64,000 nt of DNA from an uncultured Verrucomicrobiota bacterium (GTDB lineage: Bacteria > Verrucomicrobiota > Verrucomicrobiia > Limisphaerales > UBA1412): contig CALXMK010000011.1 in assembly GCA_944389455.1 (NCBI GenBank), positions 4,166 to 68,165 on the forward strand, given 5' to 3'. Position numbers and translations under genes: made by a program. Within the stretch, counting starts at the first letter, position 1, and each line of letters begins with the position of its first letter. The notes below the pieces were generated by a model. That model had not been told where the DNA came from and did no database searches. It saw only the letters and a program-made list of their open reading frames with translations. Positions 21,573 through 30,776 of this stretch are shown here, one piece after another.

Positions 21573-21890
21573 TTATTTGGAAGAATCGGCAGCTGAAGCA
21601 GAAGCTGAGGAAGCCATAGCCGGTTCAGATTTAGCGGCTTTAGGAGCTTCACTTTTAGTTTCTGTATGATGGTGATGATGCTGCCCGCCTGAAGGAGGTG
21701 TAGGGTTCTTATAATCAGTGCAATAGAATCCGTGTCCCTTGAAAATAATGCCGGCCCCTTCACCAATAAGGCGTTTGACTGGTCCTTGACAATTTTCGTC
21801 AGGGCAGGTATGGATGGGCTCAGCGCTCATTCTTTGAAATAGGTCAAAATGCTTCCCGCATTTCTCGCAAACGTATTCGTATGTTGGCAT
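21573..21890 (-). CDS. FmdB-family zinc-ribbon protein (second paralogue) with a His5 run
   Basis: I prefer the start at 21890 (MPTYEYVCEKCGKHF...CPDENCQG). The C-terminal low-complexity tail contains HHHHH. Confidence 0.75.
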   Translation of the reverse strand: MPTYEYVCEKCGKHFDLFQRMSAEPIHTCPDENCQGPVKRLIGEGAGIIFKGHGFYCTDYKNPTPPSGGQHHHHHTETKSEAPKAAKSEPAMASSASASAADSSK

Positions 21891-22115
21891 AGTAAAACTG
21901 CTGTGCCGCACTACTGCGGTACAACCCGCTCTTATAATCCCTTAATATTCATGATAAGTCAAGATTTCTTATCAATTAGGGAGATGGATAGTTTTTGCAG
22001 AGAAAAAGTGAGTGGAGCTATTCTAGCCTGAGGTTGAAATGAGGAATATGCTCAAATTATAAAATCTCGTATCGAAACAGAGATAAAGTTTCTACTAAGC
22101 AGAGATATTTACAAA

Positions 22116-22234
22116 TTATTCACAATTACTTGTTTTTAGTTAAAAATCATAAGTTCTTTTACAAAAGAAAAATATGTCATATAAAAAATATATATGTGAA
22201 TAAAATTTTAAAAAGACGGATTTTTTGTGAATAA
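22116..22234. promoter_or_regulatory. Cluster of three exact DnaA-box consensus sites (TTATNCACA)
   Basis: TTATTCACA at 22116-22124. Its complement TGTGAATAA occurs at 22195-22203 and 22226-22234. All lie inside a very AT-rich 388-bp divergent spacer. Confidence 0.5.
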
Positions 22235-22299
22235 CTTCGTTCTTTGAGAGCAGAGTTTCCTCTTTACTTAAAAGGTGTTTTTGATTTTTCTATTTTCTT

Positions 22300-25200
22300 G
22301 TGTATTTGAAGAATCTGACAATACTCGGTTTTAAATCTTTTGCTGATAAGACCAGCTTGGATTTTCCTCATGGTATTACAGCAATTGTCGGCCCCAATGG
22401 CTGCGGTAAGTCTAATGTGGCGGATGCCATTCGTTGGGTATTGGGAGAACAGTCTGCCAAGGCCCTGCGAGGTGGAGAAATGTCCGATATTATTTTTAAT
22501 GGGACAGAAACACGTCGGCCTCTTTCGATGGCGGAGGTTTCTTTAACAATAGGGGATGTGGATCAGGAGCAGTTAAGAGCGGCCAATTTGGAGTTACTTT
22601 TCAATGAGGTGACAGTAACACGGCGAATATATCGAGATGGAAGCAATGAATATTTTTTGAACCGTACAGCGTGTCGACTTAAGGATATTCAGCAGCTCTT
22701 TTTGGGAACGGGTGTGGGAAGAACGAGTTACAGCATCATGGCTCAAGGACATATTACACAGATTCTCAGCAGCCGTCCTGAAGATAGACGAATGATTTTT
22801 GAAGAAGCGGCGGGAATTACCCGTTTTAAGACGCAAAAGAAAGAGGCTCTGCGCAGATTGGATCAGACGGAAGTGAATTTAGGCCGCATATCGGAGCTGG
22901 TACGTGAGATCAAGCGGCAGATCGGTTCTTTGCAGAGGCAGGCCGGTAAGGCACGGCGCTATAAGGCATTGGCAGCGGATTTGAAGTTCCTTGATACGCA
23001 GTTAGGCAGGCATTACTATGAGGAGACTTCAGAGGTTCTTGCTCTACGCAGAGAGGAGGAAGAGAAATTGAATGGAGAGATTCATCAGGGAGAAGAACGG
23101 GTGCGAGGATTAGAAGGCAAGATAGAGCTTTCGCGAGGTCAGATGGAGGAATTGGAGCGAGAATTAACTCAGCAGCAGACTCTCGCACTGGAAACTCGCA
23201 GCCGGGTAGATGCGCTTAAAAAGAAGATTGAATTCGACGAGGAGAGAATCAGCGAGAGTAAGCAGAGAATCGCCTCAGCAAAGGCAGAGATTGATACGGC
23301 AGAGGAGAAAAAGGGGAGTGTTCATACTGATTTAGAAGAACTTGTGCATAAATTAGAGGAGACTCGCCGAGAGCTGGAAGAGGATCGAGAGTTGCTGAAG
23401 GACAGGACAGATATTCTTAAAGGAGTGGATTCTTCTCTTCTTGAACGGCAGAGAACCTTGAGAAATATTCAGAACAAACTTTTTGGAGTTCGTCAGAAAT
23501 TGAACAAAATCCGGTCGGAGATTAATAGTCTTGATTTGCAGAAGCAGGGAAATACGGTTCGATTGGAAAAGCTTCAGAGTGAGTTAGAACAGAATACTCT
23601 TGAGATAAGCGAATTGGAGGAGAGGCAAACAGAGTTTAAGCAGTCTTCAGAGAGTGATAAACAGGTGGACGCAGAGAAGAAAAAAGAACTTCAACGGCTT
23701 CAGGGAGAGCTTCAGCGTTTAAATCAGGAAGGAGCGGTACTGAGAAATCAGCAGGATGAGCTTTTCCGTCTTCAGGCCTCACGCAAATCAAGACTTAGTG
23801 TGCTGGAGCAGCTTCAGACTAGTCGTGAGGGATTTGAATCAGGGGCTCAGGAGGTGCTTAAAGCTTCCCGCAGCGGGATTTTATCCGGAGCGTTGGGAGC
23901 GCTGGTGGACAGAATGCTGATACCCCAGGAGTATATTAATGCGGTAGAGCTTTTTTTGGGTAAAAGGCTTCAATTAGTATTGGTAAGGAATCCAGAGACG
24001 GTGGAGAGTGTTTTTACCTATCTTAGGAATGTTAAAAAGGGAGTAGTATCTTTGGTTCCGCTAAGCTGGAGTCCCGAGGAAGAGTCTCAAGTTTTGGGAA
24101 CGGTCCCTTCGGAGCTCTCAGCGGATATAGAGAAAGCTTTAACGGAGGATGAATCTAAACCTATCCGTCTTCAATCGGTTATAGAGGCAGAGGAATCTGT
24201 CCAAAAATTGATCAGAAGATTGGTGGGAAGAGCCTGGTTGGTGCCGGATTTGAATATAGCGTCTCGGCTATGGAACCGTTTTCCTGGAGAGGTTGAGTTT
24301 GTGACTCTGGCTGGAGAAGTTTTGAGTCGAGAGGGGATTTTTACAGGGGGATCCCGCAAAGAGGTTTCGGGGGCTTCCTCTCTTTTAGGCAGAAAGAATG
24401 AAATCGAAGAGCTGAAGCGGGAAACTATCCAGCTGGAGCAGAAGAAAACGGAGCTGATAAGTCAAAGAGAGGCTCTTTCGGTTCGTCAAAAGCAGGCTCA
24501 GGAGGCAGTAGTGAAAATTCAGCTTGAAATCCGTTCTCGCGAGGTGGAAGCGGCTGCGCGGTTAGGGGAATATCGTGCTTTGGAAAATTCGCTGAGAGTG
24601 AGGAAGCAGCGCGAGGAGACTCTTAATCGTGAGAAGGAGCTATTGCAGAGGCGTGAAGCCGAGAGTCAGGCCCGGCGTCAATTACTGGGAGAACAGATAT
24701 CCGAGGCGGAGGCCGATGAACAGAGCTTGTCTGATAATATCAATGGAATTAATGAGGCAGTAGAGGTTTTGCGCCGTGACAGAGATGTAGCTCAGAATGC
24801 CTTAACGGAGGTGAAGATAGCTCTCGCTGCCCGGGAGCAGTTTTATAATACTCATCAGCTTCAGAAAAAATCAGCGGAAAATCGACTGGCGGAATTGGAA
24901 CGCTTAATTACCCAACGTCGTCAGGAAATTGATAATGCTGAGCAGAAGATTGGCAAATATCAGGCAGAGATTGAGGAATCCCGTTTGCAGACAGAGTTCC
25001 AGAGTAAAGAATATGAGCAGCTCAATGAGCGATTGGCAGAGTTGGGAAGCCGTAAAAAGAGCCTTTCAGCAGAGATTGCCGAGCGAGAGGGAGATCTAAA
25101 ATCGATTCGGAATTTGTTAGCTCAACTGCAGGAACAGCATGGCAAGCTGTGTGTTGCTATTAAACAGTGTGAGATGACACTTCAGAATATCTCAGAACGA

Positions 25201-26160
25201 ATGAGGGAGAGATATCAGCTAGCCTTGGAAGAGATCTTGCCTGAGCCTTTTCTGGCAAGTGAAACTGAAGAAGGAATCCGATTGGAAAGACCTTTTATGA
25301 AAACCTCTGATTTGGAAGAACAAGTTTCTCAGGGGGAAGAAAAAGATGAGGCAGATCGAGGAGGAGTGCCTGCATCGGAACAGCAATCGTCGGAAGAGGA
25401 AATTCGCGCAGAGAAATCTTTTCCTCCGATCGATTGGCAATCGGTAGCAGAGATGGTTAAAAGTCTTCAGGAGAGGATTGATCAGATGGGGCCCGTAAAT
25501 CTGGTTGCGATTGAGGAGTATGAGGAGATCGAGCAGAGACATCGGTTTTATCAGGAACAGCAATCCGATTTAATTAAGGCTAAAGCACATTTGCTGGAGG
25601 TGGTTGCAAAGATCAATCAACAGACTAGGGAGATGTTTTTGGAGACGTTTGAGAAGATAAAAGTAAATTTCAGAGAGATGTTCGCGACGTTTTTCCATGG
25701 GGGATATGCGGATCTCAAGCTTGTAGATGAGCGTGATGTGCTGGAGTCCGGAATAGATATTTCTGTAAGGCCCCCGGGCAAGCAGCTTAAGGCAGTTTCC
25801 CTGCTCTCTGGAGGAGAACAGACCATGACGGCTGTGGCTCTGCTTTTTGCAATTTATCAGGTGAAGCCTTCTCCATTCTGTGTATTGGATGAGCTGGATG
25901 CGCCATTGGATGAGGCGAATGTGGATCGTTTTATTACCGTATTAAAGCGTTTTACGGATTTTTCACAGTTTGTCGTGATTTCTCATAGCAAGAGGACAAT
26001 CGCAGCGGCGAATTCTATTCATGGGGTGACAATGCCCGAGAGAGGAGTCTCGCGGATGGTAAGTGTGAAGTTCCGTGATGAGACAGGCGGGCTTGAGATA
26101 GAGAGTGAAGAGAATGGAGAGGGAGAGAAGAGCTCAGTGCAGGATATGCAGAAAGCTTAA
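22300..26160 (+). CDS. smc: Chromosome partition protein SMC
   Basis: GTG start. N-terminal Walker A GPNGCGKSN, long coiled coils flanking a hinge, and C-terminal LSGGEQTMTAVALLFA plus FCVLDELDAPLD. Confidence 0.95.
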   Translation: MYLKNLTILGFKSFADKTSLDFPHGITAIVGPNGCGKSNVADAIRWVLGEQSAKALRGGEMSDIIFNGTETRRPLSMAEVSLTIGDVDQEQLRAANLELLFNEVTVTRRIYRDGSNEYFLNRTACRLKDIQQLFLGTGVGRTSYSIMAQGHITQILSSRPEDRRMIFEEAAGITRFKTQKKEALRRLDQTEVNLGRISELVREIKRQIGSLQRQAGKARRYKALAADLKFLDTQLGRHYYEETSEVLALRREEEEKLNGEIHQGEERVRGLEGKIELSRGQMEELERELTQQQTLALETRSRVDALKKKIEFDEERISESKQRIASAKAEIDTAEEKKGSVHTDLEELVHKLEETRRELEEDRELLKDRTDILKGVDSSLLERQRTLRNIQNKLFGVRQKLNKIRSEINSLDLQKQGNTVRLEKLQSELEQNTLEISELEERQTEFKQSSESDKQVDAEKKKELQRLQGELQRLNQEGAVLRNQQDELFRLQASRKSRLSVLEQLQTSREGFESGAQEVLKASRSGILSGALGALVDRMLIPQEYINAVELFLGKRLQLVLVRNPETVESVFTYLRNVKKGVVSLVPLSWSPEEESQVLGTVPSELSADIEKALTEDESKPIRLQSVIEAEESVQKLIRRLVGRAWLVPDLNIASRLWNRFPGEVEFVTLAGEVLSREGIFTGGSRKEVSGASSLLGRKNEIEELKRETIQLEQKKTELISQREALSVRQKQAQEAVVKIQLEIRSREVEAAARLGEYRALENSLRVRKQREETLNREKELLQRREAESQARRQLLGEQISEAEADEQSLSDNINGINEAVEVLRRDRDVAQNALTEVKIALAAREQFYNTHQLQKKSAENRLAELERLITQRRQEIDNAEQKIGKYQAEIEESRLQTEFQSKEYEQLNERLAELGSRKKSLSAEIAEREGDLKSIRNLLAQLQEQHGKLCVAIKQCEMTLQNISERMRERYQLALEEILPEPFLASETEEGIRLERPFMKTSDLEEQVSQGEEKDEADRGGVPASEQQSSEEEIRAEKSFPPIDWQSVAEMVKSLQERIDQMGPVNLVAIEEYEEIEQRHRFYQEQQSDLIKAKAHLLEVVAKINQQTREMFLETFEKIKVNFREMFATFFHGGYADLKLVDERDVLESGIDISVRPPGKQLKAVSLLSGGEQTMTAVALLFAIYQVKPSPFCVLDELDAPLDEANVDRFITVLKRFTDFSQFVVISHSKRTIAAANSIHGVTMPERGVSRMVSVKFRDETGGLEIESEENGEGEKSSVQDMQKA

Positions 26161-26229
26161 AGAGTAAGGCTGTTGGAAGAAAAGAGGTTTATTTTTTTGT
26201 GGTTTAGGTTAAAATAACTGCAGCTGTGC

Positions 26230-28026
26230 ATGGCAGATAGTCTCTGCAAATCCGTAACAGACCTTATGGAGAGTTATAAAACAGTTACTTTTGAGGGGGA
26301 GTTTAAGTTAAAAAGCGGCAATTCATTGCCACGGATAACACTTGCTTATGAGACGTATGGAACGTTAAATGAAGATGGCTCTAATGTGATTTTTATCTTT
26401 CATGCGCTGACAGGAGATTCTCATGTAGCCAGTCATGGAGAGCTTGACTCGGAGGGATGGTGGGAGAGTGCCGTCGGTCCTGGCAAAGCGTATGACACTA
26501 ATAAATATTTTGTTATTTGCAGTAATGTGTTGGGCGGATGTCGGGGAAGCAGTGGGCCGATGTTTATCAATCCTGCTACAAACAAACCCTATGGATTATC
26601 CTTCCCGGTAGTGACAATAGAAGATATGGTTCATGCCCAGGCTCTGTTGTTGGATTACCTGAAAATTGATACAGTTCTCTTGGTTACAGGCGGCTCCATG
26701 GGCGGAATGCAGGCTTTGCAATGGGCGGTTTCTTATCCAGAAAGAGTAAAAAACGTACAGATTCTGGCTTCAACGGGTAAAGTTTCTCCTCAGACGATTG
26801 CTCTCAATGAAGTGGCCAGACAGGCAATTTACGCGGATCCAAATTGGAATCATGGGGATTATTATGGAGAGAATCAAGTACGTCCGGATAAAGGGTTGGC
26901 CGTAGCGCGGATGTTGGGGCATATTACTTATTTATGTGAGGAGAGTATGCAGCGGAAATTTGGCCGTGATTTGCAGAAGAGAACTAGCGTAGGATATGAT
27001 TTTGAGGTTGATTTCAGTGTAGAGAGCTATTTGCGTTATCGGGGAGAGAATTTTACGCATCGCTTTGACGCGAATTCGCTTCTTTATGTAAGCAAAGCGA
27101 TCGATTACTTTGATATCAGCGATGGCTATGCTTCTATGGATGAGGCACTGGGGCGTATTCAAGCTCGAGTGCTAATTGCAAGCTATTCTTCCGATTGGCT
27201 TTTCCCTCCCGAGCAATCGGCTAAACTTGCTCGGACAATGCTCCGCAATGGGGTTGACGCGACTTATGTGGAGATTGACAGTGATTATGGCCATGATGCC
27301 TTTTTATTGGAGCTGGATAAATTAAGTAAGTTGACTCGTGATTTTTTGGAGCCCTCTTCGGTGGGTGAAATGGAGGAACCTCTCTGTACCAGCCGTCTTT
27401 GTCAGGAGAAACGCCAGGATCATGAGTTAATTTTGCAGATTATTCCCAGTAAATCTCGGGTTCTGGATTTAGGATGTGGAACGGGGGAATTGATTGAGCG
27501 CCTTTCAAGGGAGAAAGCCGCTGAAACACGCGGAGTAGATCTTAGAGAGGAGAATGTTCGGGCTTGTATCAGCAAGGGACTTTCCGTGCGTCAAGGGAAT
27601 ATCGAGGATGGACTCAAGGATTATCCCGATGAGGAGTTTGACTATGTGATTCTGAGCCAGACAATTGGTTATTTGGATAATCCGAAAGCTGTTGTTGAGG
27701 AGATGCTTAGGGTGGGGCGCAGAGCTATTATTTCATTTGAGAATGGAGGATGGTGGCATGAGCGTTTTCGCGCTATGCAGGGTAATGGAATGGGGCCAAC
27801 ACTGACTTCAGGGGAACCGCGTTGCCGTATTATTACGTTAGATCAATTTGAGAGTTTAGCGCTTCAATCCGGTGCAGTCATTGAAAGGACGGAGTTTCTC
27901 TTGAATGGGAAACACCTGCCGAATTTGAGTCAGGTGAAGCAAATGCTTGAGGAGAAACTGGGCAATCAGGAACAGGCAGCTGCCTTATTGGCGGATACGG
28001 CAATGTATGTGCTTTGTCGGAAGTAG
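26230..28026 (+). CDS. metX: Homoserine O-acetyltransferase (MetX) fused to a MetW-like domain
   Basis: The N-terminal ~385 aa form an alpha/beta hydrolase (GGSMGGMQALQW nucleophile elbow, SDWLFPP, YGHDAFL). The C-terminal ~200 aa look like MetW (VLDLGCGTGELIERL, FDYVILSQTI, EMLRVGRRAIISF). Confidence 0.85.
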   Translation: MADSLCKSVTDLMESYKTVTFEGEFKLKSGNSLPRITLAYETYGTLNEDGSNVIFIFHALTGDSHVASHGELDSEGWWESAVGPGKAYDTNKYFVICSNVLGGCRGSSGPMFINPATNKPYGLSFPVVTIEDMVHAQALLLDYLKIDTVLLVTGGSMGGMQALQWAVSYPERVKNVQILASTGKVSPQTIALNEVARQAIYADPNWNHGDYYGENQVRPDKGLAVARMLGHITYLCEESMQRKFGRDLQKRTSVGYDFEVDFSVESYLRYRGENFTHRFDANSLLYVSKAIDYFDISDGYASMDEALGRIQARVLIASYSSDWLFPPEQSAKLARTMLRNGVDATYVEIDSDYGHDAFLLELDKLSKLTRDFLEPSSVGEMEEPLCTSRLCQEKRQDHELILQIIPSKSRVLDLGCGTGELIERLSREKAAETRGVDLREENVRACISKGLSVRQGNIEDGLKDYPDEEFDYVILSQTIGYLDNPKAVVEEMLRVGRRAIISFENGGWWHERFRAMQGNGMGPTLTSGEPRCRIITLDQFESLALQSGAVIERTEFLLNGKHLPNLSQVKQMLEEKLGNQEQAAALLADTAMYVLCRK

Positions 28027-28070
28027 ACTTTCATTGAAAAGTCTTTAGAGAAACTTCTGGGGGTGTATTT

Positions 28071-29207
28071 TTAATGTCTGCTGACCTTAGGAAGTCCAAG
28101 GCGGCGGATGCGGAGAAATTCATCCCAGCGGTTTAGCCTCAGACGGAGAAAATGGCGAATCATCCAAAGATCCGAGTGTCTGCGCAGGGGGGTCAGGCGT
28201 TGTCGTTCTGCTGATAGCCAGGAGCGCTTTTGCCAGCAGTCTTTAATCGGAGCCCAAACGGTGTTGGTGAAAAAGGAGATTCTCCTCAGCAGCAGACTTC
28301 CGGCAATCCCTTCTGCTGTTAGCCAGAGAATTTGAAGGAGAATAATAGGCCATAAGACAGGGCCGCTTTGCTTCAAAAGAACCAATAGATTATTGCGATT
28401 TGCGTAGAATCGTTTAGTATCGCTGGTGCGGAGTTCGATGATTTTTTCTCCACCGGAAGAGTTTACATAAGCGGCACCTCGGTGATGGAGTGTGGCACCG
28501 GGGAATCCCATGCAGGTGCCTCCGGCAAGCCAGATCCGCCATGAAAGATCGAGTTCATCTGCATACATGAAGAAGTTTTCGTCAAAACCACCCAGTTTTT
28601 TAAAAGTTTCCCTCAAAACAAGATAGGCGCAGCCTTCCGGCATGAGAATGGGGGTCGGACGGTGGAAGTCTTTTCGGCAGGTGGGAAACCCCAATAGGTC
28701 AAAACCTTCTGCTCCGAGGCTTTGAAAGTTGTCGCTGTCATAGTCTAGGATACGAGGAACAGCAGCGGTGACATGATATTTTTCCGCGTCAGCTAAGAGT
28801 TTTTCCAAAGTTTCGGGTTCAAACCATGTATCATTGTTGAGAAAAAGGAGCCATTTACCCCTGGCTTGAGCAGCGGGAAGATTATTTCCTTTGCAGTAGC
28901 CAAAGTTGCCTCCGTTTTGAATAAAACGGGCCGAACCGGGTGGCCAATTTTGCAGGAGTTTGCAGCAGAGCTGTTCTGAGCCGTCTTCCGAGAGATTGTC
29001 GGCGACCAGGGTTTCTATTTGAGAAAAGAGGGTTTGTTGGCGAATCGACTCTAAACAGCGGTGCATCCAGTGGCCGCCCTTATAGTTAAGAATAATAACG
29101 GAAATCAACGGTTGTTGCTCCGAATGATAGATTGGAGGCAGATCAGATCGAGAGGATTCGGTGATGGACGGCTGATTCAAATCAGTTTTCTTCTTTTTTT
29201 TGTTCAT
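28071..29207 (-). CDS. Family 2 glycosyltransferase
   Basis: ISVIILNYKG...DNLSEDGS...FLNNDTW pattern (GT-A fold, DxD-like). It overlaps the upstream gene by 26 nt. Confidence 0.8.
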   Translation of the reverse strand: MNKKKKKTDLNQPSITESSRSDLPPIYHSEQQPLISVIILNYKGGHWMHRCLESIRQQTLFSQIETLVADNLSEDGSEQLCCKLLQNWPPGSARFIQNGGNFGYCKGNNLPAAQARGKWLLFLNNDTWFEPETLEKLLADAEKYHVTAAVPRILDYDSDNFQSLGAEGFDLLGFPTCRKDFHRPTPILMPEGCAYLVLRETFKKLGGFDENFFMYADELDLSWRIWLAGGTCMGFPGATLHHRGAAYVNSSGGEKIIELRTSDTKRFYANRNNLLVLLKQSGPVLWPIILLQILWLTAEGIAGSLLLRRISFFTNTVWAPIKDCWQKRSWLSAERQRLTPLRRHSDLWMIRHFLRLRLNRWDEFLRIRRLGLPKVSRH

Positions 29208-29961
29208 CCTCGGAGGTTATGACTTTATATGTTTCCGAGGCTGAAACTACTTTATAAATGGTACGATCATCGGAAGAGTGTGTCTTGACGATAGAATTAG
29301 GGGGGAGATATCCGCGCCAATTAACACAAGGATAGATAATGCTGCAGCGCCCGATGAGGGAGCCGGGGTTCAGTACTGTATTACAGCCGATTTGAGCATG
29401 GTCTCCAATCACGGAACCAAATTTTTCAAGACCCACGGGGATATCTTCCGCATTGAATTTGATGGTAATTTCACCCGGCGTCAGTTTGACGTTGGAAATT
29501 TTAGTGCCGGCTCCCAAATGGGCTTTGTATCCCAGAATAGAATCGCCAATATAATTGAAGTGAGGAATTTGACATTCATCAAAGATGATGGAGTGCTTGA
29601 TTTCACAGGCGTGCCCGATCGTAACATGGTCTCCGATTAGATTATAGCCACGGATATAGGCTCCGTGACGAATATGGCAGCCACGTCCGATGATGACCGG
29701 GCCCAGAATCATGGCCCCTTCCTCAACCAAAGAGCCTTCCCCGATGAAAACATTTTCACCGATAAAAGGATTGCCTAAACGAAGGAAAGAACCTTTACCG
29801 AGGAATTTTTTGTATTCTTCAGGATTATTTTTCAGGAGAGCAACCAGGTAGTCTATGTAAGCAGGTAGTTTTTTAAGAGGATTCCACACTTTGTTAGCGT
29901 TTTTAAAGAGTTCTCCATAGTGAGTATGTGAGATGTCTAGAAAATTTTCTGTTCGCAGCAT
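29182..29961 (-). CDS. Left-handed beta-helix (hexapeptide-repeat) transferase, GlmU C-terminal-like
   Basis: Repeated [LIV]G-x4 hexapeptides (IGENVFIGEGSLVEEGAMILGPVIIGRGCHI...IGDHVTIGHACEI...). TGA stop lies inside the start region of the GT2 gene. Confidence 0.65.
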   Translation of the reverse strand: MLRTENFLDISHTHYGELFKNANKVWNPLKKLPAYIDYLVALLKNNPEEYKKFLGKGSFLRLGNPFIGENVFIGEGSLVEEGAMILGPVIIGRGCHIRHGAYIRGYNLIGDHVTIGHACEIKHSIIFDECQIPHFNYIGDSILGYKAHLGAGTKISNVKLTPGEITIKFNAEDIPVGLEKFGSVIGDHAQIGCNTVLNPGSLIGRCSIIYPCVNWRGYLPPNSIVKTHSSDDRTIYKVVSASETYKVITSEDEQKKEEN

Positions 29962-30002
29962 AGGAAATTGATGATTATAGGTAAGTGAATAAGTGGTATT
30001 AA

Positions 30003-30058
30003 AAATAAAAAACAGGCGATTTGTTTCTCTCAGACGATAGACAAATCAGCCTGTTTTA
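30003..30058 (-). terminator. Rho-independent terminator after lemA (minus strand)
   Basis: On the minus strand, acaggctgatttgt...acaaatcgcctgt forms a stem with one bulge, followed by TTTTTTATTTTT. Confidence 0.6.
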
Positions 30059-30074
30059 TCACGAAATTTAGTAA

Positions 30075-30641
30075 TTAAAATTGGACGGAAGGAGCTTGTT
30101 TGGCTTCTTCTTCAACTTCAAATAGAACTTCCGGATGGAACCCAAGTATTCCTGCGATGAGAACCGTAGGGAAGGTTTCTCTCTTAGTATTATAGCGGGT
30201 AACACTGTCATTATAGAACTGGCGAGCAAAGGAGATCTTATTCTCTGTCGTAACCAATTCCTCCTGTAAAGCCAAAAAGTTTTGATTAGCCTTTAAGTCA
30301 GGATAAGCTTCGGCCACGGCCATAAGGCGAGCAAGAGCCCCGCTAAGTTCACCTTCAGCTTTGATTGCATCGGCAGGCAGGGTTGCCTTGGTAGCATTAG
30401 CTCGGGCATTGATAACCCGATCAAGTGTTTCTTTCTCGTGAGAAGCGTATCCTTTGACGGTATTAACTAGATTGGGGATTAGGTCATGACGTCTTTTAAG
30501 TTGGACATCGATCTGAGCCCAAGCATTTTTAACTGTTTGTCTCAGGGTAACAAGGCTGTTGTAGATAGCTATACCCAAAACAACCAGAACCAGTACCCCT
30601 AATGCTATTAACGCTAATAATATTAGCAAAATGGTAATCAC
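30075..30641 (-). CDS. lemA: LemA family protein
   Basis: An N-terminal TM helix is followed by YNSLVTLRQTVKNAWAQIDVQLKRRHDLIPNLVNTVKGYASHEKETL, which is characteristic of LemA. Confidence 0.9.
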   Translation of the reverse strand: MITILLILLALIALGVLVLVVLGIAIYNSLVTLRQTVKNAWAQIDVQLKRRHDLIPNLVNTVKGYASHEKETLDRVINARANATKATLPADAIKAEGELSGALARLMAVAEAYPDLKANQNFLALQEELVTTENKISFARQFYNDSVTRYNTKRETFPTVLIAGILGFHPEVLFEVEEEAKQAPSVQF

Positions 30642-30776
30642 GATGTTTTATCTTTCTTTGTTAGTTAAAGTGAATTTCAGCTAAAAACTCTTAAGACTGC
30701 CATTTCTTTCCGTAAAAGCCTAAGAACTTTCCCTGATTATCACCAGTTGCCCTTATTAGATAGTAAAAATTAAAAG

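Noticed and set aside
26161-26229. I looked for a SAM riboswitch or attenuator upstream of metX-metW.
   Set aside because: The spacer is only 69 nt, too short for SAM-I. I cannot recognise a SAM-II/V-type pseudoknot or any convincing hairpin in it.
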